64,000 bases of DNA, taken from positions 12,300-76,299 of the forward strand of contig WFNO01000122.1 of the NCBI GenBank assembly GCA_015488555.1, written 5' to 3'. The stretch's first letter is position 1. Each line of letters opens with the position of its first letter. The notes beneath the pieces are model-generated. The model saw only the letters and a program-made list of their open reading frames with translations. It made no database searches and was not told the DNA's origin. Both the position numbers and the translations under genes were made by a program. The stretch is from Gammaproteobacteria bacterium. Its GTDB lineage: Bacteria > Pseudomonadota > Gammaproteobacteria > SZUA-140. Positions 28,716 through 37,729 of this stretch are shown piece after piece.

Positions 28716-29794
28716 GATTCCCCCCAGTCCCTCAAGTACTCGAATATCATCACGCGACCGTTGAAGGCATCGGCCACATAGACCCACCCGCGGTGGTCGG
28801 TCCACACACCCGCAGGCAGATAAAACTGCCCAATGCCATTACCCGTCCCGCCGATCGGCAGCAGGAACTCCCCTTTCTCATTGAATATTAACAGATGATC
28901 GTAATAGGATTCCACCACGTACAGATTGCGGTCCTGATCAACGGCCACGCCCTTGGGACGCGGCAGATCGCCAAGATAGAGCCCGCGGCGACCTACACTA
29001 CGCACGAAACGCCCCTCACGATCGAAGACTTGCACCCGGGAATTGAGAGTGTCTGTCACATAGAGTCTTCCGTCGGCGAAGGTCAAGTAAGTAGGAGCAT
29101 TGAATTCTCCCGGCCCATGTCCTCGCCGCCCCCAAGTAGCCACCAAAACACCGTCCCGGTCGAAGACCTTCACGTCGTGGGCCTTGCTGTCCGCCACGTA
29201 GATGAGTCCACTCACCGGATCGCGGGCCACGCCCACGGGACGCTGCAGAACGCCTTCCCCCATGCTGCCCTGGGGCTTGCCCTGCTCGTTCAAGATCACC
29301 ACGCGCCGCAGGTCCGCGTCTGCGACAAGTATGTATCCCGGCTCACCCGCCGTCACACCCAAAGGCGTGAGAAAATGCAAATTTGCTCCGGCCTCCTCCC
29401 AGATCTGCAGACCGTCTTTCGGATCGAAGACGTATACCGCTGCTCGGCTCACATCACTGACATAGATCCGCCCACGCGCATCGGTATACCCCCCCTGCGG
29501 GCGCTGCAGGACACGCGGGCTATGCGGTCCTGTAGCCAAGCCCACCAGCCAAGCCAATACCTTGCGACCGACAGCGGTCCGTTGGCCACGGTAATTTTCC
29601 TCGCCGGTCAATTGTCCCATGTAGCGATAGCGAGGGCGCTCAGGTGGCGGTGGCCACACCGGCGGGGCATCGTCCAGCTCATCAAATCGCAAAGCAGAAC
29701 TGGGGCCGCCGGCACACCCTCCGGCCAATATCAGGACCACCACCATGAAACCGGCAGCCACACCCCGCGTCAGAGAGGCAAGACGGCAAGACAT
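28712..29794 (-). CDS. NHL-repeat six-bladed beta-propeller lipoprotein (UetI-like)
   Basis: Lipobox LAGGC, VWPPPPERPRYRY, repeated IYVAD...RVQVFD and G.G.GEF..P. Confidence 0.92.
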   Translation of the reverse strand: MSCRLASLTRGVAAGFMVVVLILAGGCAGGPSSALRFDELDDAPPVWPPPPERPRYRYMGQLTGEENYRGQRTAVGRKVLAWLVGLATGPHSPRVLQRPQGGYTDARGRIYVSDVSRAAVYVFDPKDGLQIWEEAGANLHFLTPLGVTAGEPGYILVADADLRRVVILNEQGKPQGSMGEGVLQRPVGVARDPVSGLIYVADSKAHDVKVFDRDGVLVATWGRRGHGPGEFNAPTYLTFADGRLYVTDTLNSRVQVFDREGRFVRSVGRRGLYLGDLPRPKGVAVDQDRNLYVVESYYDHLLIFNEKGEFLLPIGGTGNGIGQFYLPAGVWTDHRGWVYVADAFNGRVMIFEYLRDWGES

Positions 29795-30807
29795 CACTGC
29801 ACGCGTGGCGTTTCCGCCCGTTCTAGATTTTGGCGTGTAGCCTCTAGAACCTGGATGCGACCATTCATGGCATCGGCCACGTAGAGCAGGCCACCTTCCA
29901 GCCAAAGATCGGCAACGCGCTTGAACTGTCCGGGCGCAGTTCCGGAACGTCCCACAGAAAAACGGTAATGAGTGCCCTCGAAGACCCGGATGGTGTCGGT
30001 GAGATAATCGCCGACATAGGCCCAGCCGCGGGCATCCACGACGATGGAAGTGGGAAAAATCACCGTATCCTTCTCGAAAGACGCGAGAGGACCGCCGTCA
30101 GGCGCTATCACCTGAACCCGGGATTCTCCATAACGTGTGGCCACATAATAGCCTTCCGGCCCTAGGGCGAAGGCAGTGACGCCACGAAAACGCCCCGGGC
30201 CTTCTCCGCGCTCTCCGATGGCACCGCTGAGCAACCCCGCCCGGTTGTAGACCAGCACGTCGTCGTTGAAACCATCTGCGATGTACAAGGTACTGGTGGC
30301 CTCGTCCACCACCACGGCCACCGGCCGCCCCAGGTTGATGCGGTCCTCATAGACACGAATCAGGCGGTCGTCGCGGTCGAAATACAAGACCCGGCCACCG
30401 TCGAAATCGGCTAGATAATAGGAAAGATCGGAAGCCACGTAGATATCGGACACCGTACCGCTTACCAAGCGGCGCAAATCCTGAAGGATACGCAATTCTC
30501 CGCGGTCCCGACGATAGAGCAACACCTGTTCCAGGCCTTCGTCCACGATGTACACCGCAGGCCCGCGAGCAGCTACGGCCACGGGGCGGACGAGCCGCAC
30601 ATATTCCAATCCCGTGAGCAGATTACCGCCTCGCATTCCACCATCGATCACTTCCCATACCACAGGCTGTGTGCCAAGGGCACTTCCCGCGGCATCTCCG
30701 GAAGCGGGCACGGAACCCGGCTTCATAGCGCCGCAGCCGGCGGCAAACAGGAAAGCCGCTACGGCGATCAGCGCAACAATCTCGTTTCGTTGGGAACAGA
30801 ATGACAT
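29794..30807 (-). CDS. NHL-repeat beta-propeller lipoprotein (UetH-like)
   Basis: Lipobox FAAGC; NHL blades (RPVAV, LYIAD, LYVADAMNGRIQV); start ATG 30807. Confidence 0.88.
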   Translation of the reverse strand: MSFCSQRNEIVALIAVAAFLFAAGCGAMKPGSVPASGDAAGSALGTQPVVWEVIDGGMRGGNLLTGLEYVRLVRPVAVAARGPAVYIVDEGLEQVLLYRRDRGELRILQDLRRLVSGTVSDIYVASDLSYYLADFDGGRVLYFDRDDRLIRVYEDRINLGRPVAVVVDEATSTLYIADGFNDDVLVYNRAGLLSGAIGERGEGPGRFRGVTAFALGPEGYYVATRYGESRVQVIAPDGGPLASFEKDTVIFPTSIVVDARGWAYVGDYLTDTIRVFEGTHYRFSVGRSGTAPGQFKRVADLWLEGGLLYVADAMNGRIQVLEATRQNLERAETPRVQ

Positions 30808-31415
30808 CGGCCGCAATTCATGGTGGGGGGAAAGGCCACGTTCCCGTGACAGACTCCGCAATACTCTCCCTGGATGATGGCAGACATGGAAACGGGATTG
30901 GCGCCCTTCTGGGGAATAAAGATGAGCGGATGGCAATTGGCACAGGTCAGCCACTCGGTGTGCTGGCGGTGCGGGAAACGCACGTGCGGCATGGAGGCGG
31001 TGTCCTTGAAAATGATATCGAAGTCCACTGGAAACATATCTCCCTCACCGTCCACGGACTTGCGGGGATCAATGAGCCCCATCTCCAGAGTCTTGACCCA
31101 GTCGATGATACCCTGGGAATCACGTGGAAAATTGGCCATGGCTTCGTAGGGTTGCTGCAACACCGCCACTGCCTCACTCGCAGGATCGTGAATGCCATCC
31201 TCAGCGATGGGCACGATGTCGCCTGTCAACTGAAAGTGCTTGCCGCGCGACCAGAACGGCTTAGCCACATCGGCCGGATTCTGCAAGAGCTGCGGGGTCT
31301 TGGCTGGCGTGGCGGCCATGGCTATCGGCCATACCGGAAGGAAAATGGCGAGACACACGGCCCACAAGAGCCTCAAACCGCCGCTCACTCGTTTTCCACT
31401 TTGGCACCCGTTCAT
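30768..31415 (-). CDS. Periplasmic triheme c7-type cytochrome (UetG-like)
   Basis: Signal peptide, FPHRQH, CANCH, CGVCH, CGRCH. Confidence 0.93.
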   Translation of the reverse strand: MNGCQSGKRVSGGLRLLWAVCLAIFLPVWPIAMAATPAKTPQLLQNPADVAKPFWSRGKHFQLTGDIVPIAEDGIHDPASEAVAVLQQPYEAMANFPRDSQGIIDWVKTLEMGLIDPRKSVDGEGDMFPVDFDIIFKDTASMPHVRFPHRQHTEWLTCANCHPLIFIPQKGANPVSMSAIIQGEYCGVCHGNVAFPPTMNCGRCHSVPNETRLLR

Positions 31416-31548
31416 GGTTCTGCCCCCGTCTCCCGATCTCGTATCCCCATCCCGTTGCTCAATCTCGTCGCCAGATCCTTTCGCTGAACTCTTGGGTGCA
31501 GGGGGCGGGCAAACCGAAACAGAGGTTCGATACCCCCACCCGCTGGCG

Positions 31549-33291
31549 CTAGCGGACTCCCGCCAGACGCAAGGCTCGCTGAATGTGGGTCGTCGCCCCT
31601 TGCAGCATGAGTATGGCCGTCTTGTAATCCCCCTTCGCTGCGGTGGGCAAGGCCTGCGCCTTGATGCCTTTTGCCTTTTCCACGAAACGGTTCATCAACT
31701 CCACCGTCTGCGGTGAAGGACGCCGCTGTTCGATGGCCAGCGGAATCAGTTCCTCGTAACTCTCGTAACGCGCCAGCTCGTATTCGTACTCTTCCTTCGG
31801 CGTCTCAAAGACCAACTCATAAGACATAGTCTCCTCGTGGAGCATATCGGTCAAGGCATTGTTGAGGTCCTCCTGGGCCCGCGAGAGGACTTGCACGGCT
31901 TCGGCGTAATCACCCTCCTCGGCCAGGCGCCGGGCCTCGGTCTTGGCGGCCTCGATGCGTGCTACGTCCAATTGCGGAATCTCCTTGCGGTGGCGCTGCT
32001 TGCTCAGGCGCTGGTAATTGCGCTGGTAAGAGGCCTGAAAGGTCTCTACGCCTTGGAGTAATTCTTTGAAGCGCTCCTGCAAGGCAGCCTGATCACTCTC
32101 GGCAGGCACGCGCCGGGAGGCTTCGCTCATAAGACGCAGGGATTCGTCTACCAACGCCAGGGCCTGTTCGAAATGTTGCTCGTCGAAAGCCGCACGTGAG
32201 GCCTGCAGCTTGTCCCGGGCATCGCGTAGAAATCCTTGCGCCACGGTATTTCCGCTGCCCTCGATACGACGGGCAGCGCTGGATTGATTGACGAACAGCT
32301 CGGCAAAGGCCAGTTTCTGCTGCACCTGCCCTTTACTCACACGAGGACGGTCTTCAAGGGCCGGAGCGGCAGCGACAGCCGGGTGTGCAGGGGTCGCCGC
32401 CAGTTTCACCTTCACATGGTCCTCCTCTCCCTCATCGACGATGTGGATGACACCGCCCATGTTCTTGTGATTGCGACACTGGTAATACAATACGTCAGGC
32501 GCGGAAGCATCTGGCGTAAAGGTGACCACACCGTTGTAGGTGAAATTACCCTCCACCCCTTTGGAATAGGTAGCTGCCCCCCAGCCGGTCTCACTCCGAG
32601 AGAGATAGAAGTCGTGCTGGACGTTGGTGTTCACTTTGAACGTATAAGTCTTGCCGCGCACCAGGATCAGAGACTTTCCTTGCACACCATCGACGATAAA
32701 ACCATATTTGTCGCCCACCCCATAGTAGGGATGCGAGGGATCCTTCAACCCCAGCGTCACCTGAAACACAAAGGGATTGACGTCCTCCTTCTGCACCACG
32801 GGTGCTGGTTGCCGTCCAACAGGTGCCGATGCCACGTCGCGATCGGCAGCAAGGACGGATGGAGACTCCCCAGATATCGATTTTTCAGATGCTGATTCTT
32901 CCTGCTCCGCAGCCTCCGCGACAGCGGATTGTGCAGCGGCCACCTCAGGCTCGGTGGCCGCCGGCACACCCGAATCCGCCTCAGGAATCGCGCGCCCCTG
33001 TCCAAGAGGCTCGAACCGTGCAGATTCCGGGACTGGAGCAGCCTCGACCACCGGCTGGGATTCCAGAACCAACTCCCGCTCCGGCTCGGACTGTATTTGT
33101 TGCGATGCGGGAGCAGATATCGGTGCAGCCGCGGGCGCGACCGTCTCCGCAGGTGGCGCCTGGTCAACAGGCGCTGGCATCTCCTTGCGCGTAGCACAGG
33201 ACACCAGCGCCAGGCCAAGCACAAGAGCAAGTGCAGGCACGACCACGTGCAAGTCTTGGGCTGCACCCCGACTACGCATGATCACTCTCAT
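31549..33291 (-). CDS. Lipoprotein with Pro/Ala linker, cupredoxin-like domain and helical C-terminus (UetF-like)
   Basis: Lipobox LVSC; QHDFY...LYYQCRNHKNMGG; helical repeat C-terminus. Confidence 0.8.
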   Translation of the reverse strand: MRVIMRSRGAAQDLHVVVPALALVLGLALVSCATRKEMPAPVDQAPPAETVAPAAAPISAPASQQIQSEPERELVLESQPVVEAAPVPESARFEPLGQGRAIPEADSGVPAATEPEVAAAQSAVAEAAEQEESASEKSISGESPSVLAADRDVASAPVGRQPAPVVQKEDVNPFVFQVTLGLKDPSHPYYGVGDKYGFIVDGVQGKSLILVRGKTYTFKVNTNVQHDFYLSRSETGWGAATYSKGVEGNFTYNGVVTFTPDASAPDVLYYQCRNHKNMGGVIHIVDEGEEDHVKVKLAATPAHPAVAAAPALEDRPRVSKGQVQQKLAFAELFVNQSSAARRIEGSGNTVAQGFLRDARDKLQASRAAFDEQHFEQALALVDESLRLMSEASRRVPAESDQAALQERFKELLQGVETFQASYQRNYQRLSKQRHRKEIPQLDVARIEAAKTEARRLAEEGDYAEAVQVLSRAQEDLNNALTDMLHEETMSYELVFETPKEEYEYELARYESYEELIPLAIEQRRPSPQTVELMNRFVEKAKGIKAQALPTAAKGDYKTAILMLQGATTHIQRALRLAGVR

Positions 33292-33398
33292 TAGTATCGA
33301 ATGCTACTGCCGCAGCCCTACTGCTGTCTCAATCCATACCCACACGCCGCTCGGCCTTTTATTTTGATCAAGACAAACGATGATGTTGCTCCCCAGGT

Positions 33399-34064
33399 TT
33401 ATTTCCAAGGATTCTTCAACGTCGCCTCACTGAGTGGCGGTTGCCAATCCGCTGGCTTGGGCTTGGAGTGGCACTTCTTGCATGTCTTGGTTTCGATAGG
33501 GAAGGCCACCTTGCCATGACAAACACCACATTTCTGCCCCAGGAGAATGGCCGACATGTTGATCTGGTTGGCCCCCTTCTGGGGAATGAAGATAGCCGGA
33601 TGGCAATTGGAACAGAGCAGCCATTCCGTGTGCTGGCGATGCGGAAATACCACGTCGGGTACAGAAGCCTTGACCGGCCGTACGATGTCCAAATCCATCA
33701 CGAAAGGCTCGGCATTAGAATCGAGCAAGTCCCAGCGTGGCTTGATCAGCCCCTCATCCAGGGCCTTGACCCAATCTACGTGGTTGCCAAAACTAGTCCT
33801 GGGCAATCCCTCGTATGCCTCCAAAGGAGGCTGCAGATTGAAAGTGGCCTCGTTGGTGGTATCGTGGATACCGTCTTCCCACGGTGGCGCATTCGGGTTT
33901 TTGGGTTTCTTCAGATTGAGGTTGAAGGTGTTGGCCGCCGATACCTCTCCCATCATCAACAACCCCTGAATCGCGTTACCGGCTGCCGGTACCGAAGTAC
34001 TCCAAACGGCGGCGATCAGCAGCACAGCGCTGGAAACGATGACGAACCCGTTCTTCAAACTCAT
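33399..34064 (-). CDS. Periplasmic triheme c7-type cytochrome (UetE-like)
   Basis: Signal peptide, FPHRQH, CSNCH, CGVCH, CKKCH; paralog of 30768..31415. Confidence 0.93.
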   Translation of the reverse strand: MSLKNGFVIVSSAVLLIAAVWSTSVPAAGNAIQGLLMMGEVSAANTFNLNLKKPKNPNAPPWEDGIHDTTNEATFNLQPPLEAYEGLPRTSFGNHVDWVKALDEGLIKPRWDLLDSNAEPFVMDLDIVRPVKASVPDVVFPHRQHTEWLLCSNCHPAIFIPQKGANQINMSAILLGQKCGVCHGKVAFPIETKTCKKCHSKPKPADWQPPLSEATLKNPWK

Positions 34065-34088
34065 GGCACTCTCCCCAATCTATCTTTC

Positions 34089-34535
34089 TTATTTGTTGTC
34101 GGCGGTCTTCTTGGCAGGCAGGGGCTTGTAGGCCGGTGCTACCAGACGTTGTAGAGTGCTGCCATGGAAATGGGTAGGGGTACCCGGAATGCCCGAATGG
34201 CACATGGCACAGTTCTCCACCGACCAGGCCACCTCACCGTTGTGGCAGGCACCACAGAACTTGCCGTCGATGATCTTGGCCATGGTGATCTGATTGCCAC
34301 CAGCCTTGAATTTAAATCCGAGATCGGCATGACACACCTTACAGCGGAAACGGATGCGATGGAACCAATGAGGGAAAACCGCTGGGCGCATACCGGCGGC
34401 ATCGGAATAGTTGTTGATGACGACGTCTCCGTACTCGGCCTTCGAAGGTTGGGCCACCCCTGCGAACAATAAGACCGCGAAGGCTCCCAAAACGAACGGT
34501 TTCCATGCCCCCCTGTGCTTGATCTTCAGTGCCAT
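34089..34535 (-). CDS. Periplasmic triheme c7-type cytochrome (UetD-like)
   Basis: Signal peptide, FPHWFH, CKVCH, CGACH, CAMCH; ATG 34535 with strong SD. Confidence 0.93.
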   Translation of the reverse strand: MALKIKHRGAWKPFVLGAFAVLLFAGVAQPSKAEYGDVVINNYSDAAGMRPAVFPHWFHRIRFRCKVCHADLGFKFKAGGNQITMAKIIDGKFCGACHNGEVAWSVENCAMCHSGIPGTPTHFHGSTLQRLVAPAYKPLPAKKTADNK

Positions 34536-34725
34536 AGCAGATCCTCTCCTCACGCTTTGTTCTTATAGATTATGGCCTTACTCGCCACTGCAGGCGTCAT
34601 TATACCTCGAATCCCGCACGCTGCCCATGCGCAGCGGCCGCCCCCGGGTCCATGCCGCCGTGCCTGCGAACGGCCTGCCCCACGTTTCCTCCCGCCCGGC
34701 ATCACAAGCAGGATTTTACATGGGG

Positions 34726-36543
34726 TCAAAACAGGCGGTTCACCTGGAAATAGATCAGGCTGAAACTCTGGTCCTCTCCTCCTCCTCCGGTCAGATCGAA
34801 ATAGCGCCAGCTCATTCTCAACCGGGTCAAACCAATGGTGTAGTCCAGGCGGTTCTCCCATTCGAGACGATCCATGTTGCCCGACACGTCCGTGCGGGAG
34901 AGGCGCAGATCCGACAGGAAACGCAATCGCGGTACACCAAACACCGCACTGTGGGTGTAATTCAACTGCCCCGTTCCCGTTACTCTATCATTAACCCCCT
35001 GGCGGTTGAAGTCCTGGCTCACGTACTGGATGGTGAGATTACCTGTCAGATTGCTGAGCCGGTCGAGATAGCGGGTCCGCTGAATCTGGAAATTGACAAA
35101 CTGTTGATTGCCTTCCTGATCCCCGAAGGAACGGCCATCGGAGAGGGTCACTTGCAAAAAGCTGGTGGCCTCCGGGGAAGAAGCGTCCCAGGACAAACTG
35201 CCCGAATTGTCCAAGCGTTGCACCGAGGTCTCTACATCACCCATCTGTTCGTCACCGCTCACTGTCTGACTGAGGCTCAGGCGGATATTGGAACGCCGGC
35301 CGATCACCCACAGGCGCTGAATATCGTGCCCCAGTTTGAGCAGAAAGGATTGATCCTGGCGCTGTGGTGCGTCTCGCGCACTGGCCGTACCCTGGGTATA
35401 CCACTGATAGTTGAACCCAGACCAGAGAGGGCGAATGTCCGACTGATAGAGAGCGCCGGCGCGGCCCCTAGAAATGAAATCTGCACCGTCGCCGTTGTCA
35501 CTGCTGAGCACATCGACGTTGGCATCGAAACGCAGGTTGCGGGTGTACTGATAGAACATTCCACCAGTAGCGCTGAAATTGGTGAGTTCTACCTCGTTGC
35601 CCACCGTATCGGCCTGTAGCCCATAGAAGCGCACCCCTCCACTCAGGGTCAACGGCCGATCCAAGGGCCGCCAAAACACAAAGCTGGACAATTGCGTCAG
35701 ATCGGTGTCGCTGTCGGGTTGATTGGTACTATTGAGCGGCTGTTTCGATTCGTAATCGGAATTGTAGATGTTGAACATGGTATCCAGCCGCAAGGCACGG
35801 TTGGGAAAGTAGAAATGATCCACATTGAGAATGAAGGTATCGGTCTTCTGATCGATCACGGAGCGTTCGCTGCTCTGGATGCTGCTCTTGGCAATCAAGG
35901 TCTGCTTGGGCATTTTCAGATCCGCCTCCACACCGAACAGCTGGTCCCGGTAATTCTCTCCGCCCGGTTGCTGCTGCTCCCAATCGTTGCGGTCATAACG
36001 CAATTGGAAGCGGTGTCCCTTCTGAGTGTAGAAGGATTGCTTCAGCGATAGGCGACTGGTACGGAACTCGGTGCTGCCCAGGGTATTCAAGGGACTGGAG
36101 CGGGCCACCAGGTCCACCCGACTGTCGCTGGCCTGGTAGGTAAGCAGGAAAGGGGTGCGACTACGGGGCAGTATGCTCAGGTTGAGGTTACCCGTGAGGA
36201 TGGAAGACTCGTTGGAGCTACTTCCTTCGAACTCGGATTTGTCCCAAGTGAAGCGCAAACCGGTATCGGCAGTGGCCAGCCAGGGCCTGCCGAGATAACC
36301 TTTGAGATTGAGGCCCCCCTGTAACTGATTGCTGACGGTATCTTCCTGGCCGGTGTTGTCCAAGGCGCGAAAGGTATATCCGAGGTTGCCGGAAACATCG
36401 GTAAGGGCAAAGGCCCACGCGCACACGGACCAAGCCCACAGGCAGCAACCGCAAGCCAAGCGCAGCAACTCTACCCCCGCTTCCGAACCTCGAAATCGCT
36501 GACCATTGCCCCCGGCACAGACCCGCGGGCTGCTCCATCTCAT
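34726..36543 (-). CDS. Large outer-membrane beta-barrel protein (UetC-like porin)
   Basis: Signal peptide, many alternating polar/aromatic beta strands, C-terminal YFQVNRLF; start uncertain. Confidence 0.82.
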   Translation of the reverse strand: MRWSSPRVCAGGNGQRFRGSEAGVELLRLACGCCLWAWSVCAWAFALTDVSGNLGYTFRALDNTGQEDTVSNQLQGGLNLKGYLGRPWLATADTGLRFTWDKSEFEGSSSNESSILTGNLNLSILPRSRTPFLLTYQASDSRVDLVARSSPLNTLGSTEFRTSRLSLKQSFYTQKGHRFQLRYDRNDWEQQQPGGENYRDQLFGVEADLKMPKQTLIAKSSIQSSERSVIDQKTDTFILNVDHFYFPNRALRLDTMFNIYNSDYESKQPLNSTNQPDSDTDLTQLSSFVFWRPLDRPLTLSGGVRFYGLQADTVGNEVELTNFSATGGMFYQYTRNLRFDANVDVLSSDNGDGADFISRGRAGALYQSDIRPLWSGFNYQWYTQGTASARDAPQRQDQSFLLKLGHDIQRLWVIGRRSNIRLSLSQTVSGDEQMGDVETSVQRLDNSGSLSWDASSPEATSFLQVTLSDGRSFGDQEGNQQFVNFQIQRTRYLDRLSNLTGNLTIQYVSQDFNRQGVNDRVTGTGQLNYTHSAVFGVPRLRFLSDLRLSRTDVSGNMDRLEWENRLDYTIGLTRLRMSWRYFDLTGGGGEDQSFSLIYFQVNRLF

Positions 36544-36558
36544 CGAATCACCTTATTG

Positions 36559-37623
36559 TTATTCGGCCCCGACTAGCAGAGCTTCATTGATCGTTATCGG
36601 TGTTTTCCTGCGCAATTCCTCCAGCAGGCTTTGCCAAGCCTGTGCCTTGCGCTCCTCACTCAGCATCAGGCGAGCCCTGGCCTCACTGCGTGCGAAATCG
36701 TTGAGTTGTGGTGGCGTGCGTGCCTCCAACCGAAACAAGGCATATCCCTGCAAGAGACGAATGGGGGCCGACACCTCTCCCGGAGCCAGCCCATCTACCA
36801 CCTCTTGAGCCTCGGTAGACAACATGCCGGCATGGACATAGCCCAGATCTCCTCCCCGAGCCGCCGACTCGTCAGAGGAATGCGCGCGTGCCAGCTCAGC
36901 GAACGAAGCCCCTTCCGCAAGTCGCGCCAATAGCTCCTCCGCCTTCTGCCGGGCCGCTTCCCATTCCTGCGGTGGCGCCCAAGGCGGTACACGCAACAGG
37001 ATCAACGACAGATGCAGGCGTTGGGGAGTGGTGAACCGTTCGGGATGGGCTTCGTAATAGGCACGCACGGCCGCCCGATCAGGCTCCGGCAAGTCTTCCA
37101 CCTCGTCTTTCAAACGCTGGATGCGACTTTGGGCTTCCAGTTCCTCCCGCAAAGCCTGCAGCAACTCTTCGCGCCGCTCCTCCCAGTGAGGCAAGCGGCG
37201 GTAACGCTCCTGTACCATTTCCAACTGCGCCTTCACCCAACCTCCGTCGGGTTCGATGCCCCGGCGTTGTGCCTCTTGCAGGAGCAGGCGTCGATCGACG
37301 AGGCGCTCGGCTACTTCGCGGCGAAAAGCCAGACGCTGGTCCTCCGGCACTTTGCCGTGATAGAAGCGCTGCCGATAGGCCGCATGCACATTGACCCGGA
37401 ATTCTTCGGCGCTGATGATCTCCTCCCCTACGGTGGCCAGAATCCCGTCGCCGTCAAGAGCGGCCTGGGGTGCGGCTCCCTCGGCGGGCACCACCCACAG
37501 CAAAGTGCCAAGCCAGCATCCGACCACCACCGACCACACCCATCGTCCGGTTCGGCCCCTCCAACGGTCCAGACGGCCCCAGGATACTCGGGCCGCCCAC
37601 GGGAGTTGCAGCCCCCCATTCAT
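36559..37623 (-). CDS. Parvulin (PpiC/SurA/PrsA-type) peptidyl-prolyl isomerase (UetB-like)
   Basis: ILATVGEE, GASFAELARAHSSD, GGDLG, GEVSAPI; ATG 37623 with GAGGAGG SD. Confidence 0.92.
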   Translation of the reverse strand: MNGGLQLPWAARVSWGRLDRWRGRTGRWVWSVVVGCWLGTLLWVVPAEGAAPQAALDGDGILATVGEEIISAEEFRVNVHAAYRQRFYHGKVPEDQRLAFRREVAERLVDRRLLLQEAQRRGIEPDGGWVKAQLEMVQERYRRLPHWEERREELLQALREELEAQSRIQRLKDEVEDLPEPDRAAVRAYYEAHPERFTTPQRLHLSLILLRVPPWAPPQEWEAARQKAEELLARLAEGASFAELARAHSSDESAARGGDLGYVHAGMLSTEAQEVVDGLAPGEVSAPIRLLQGYALFRLEARTPPQLNDFARSEARARLMLSEERKAQAWQSLLEELRRKTPITINEALLVGAE

Positions 37624-37729
37624 GTCTGTCCTCCTCTTCGCACATCCCACCGCCCACAGCAGTCCCTTCTGCTCAGATCCGATTCAGATCCGCCCCGTAA
37701 CCGCTCCAGTATCAGTCCCGGATCTGCGC

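Noticed and set aside
31508..31515. GGCAAACC resembling the start of a c-di-GMP-I riboswitch (also at 43332)
   Set aside because: No downstream GGGACGCAAAGC/P3 elements; at 31508 it is also on the non-coding strand
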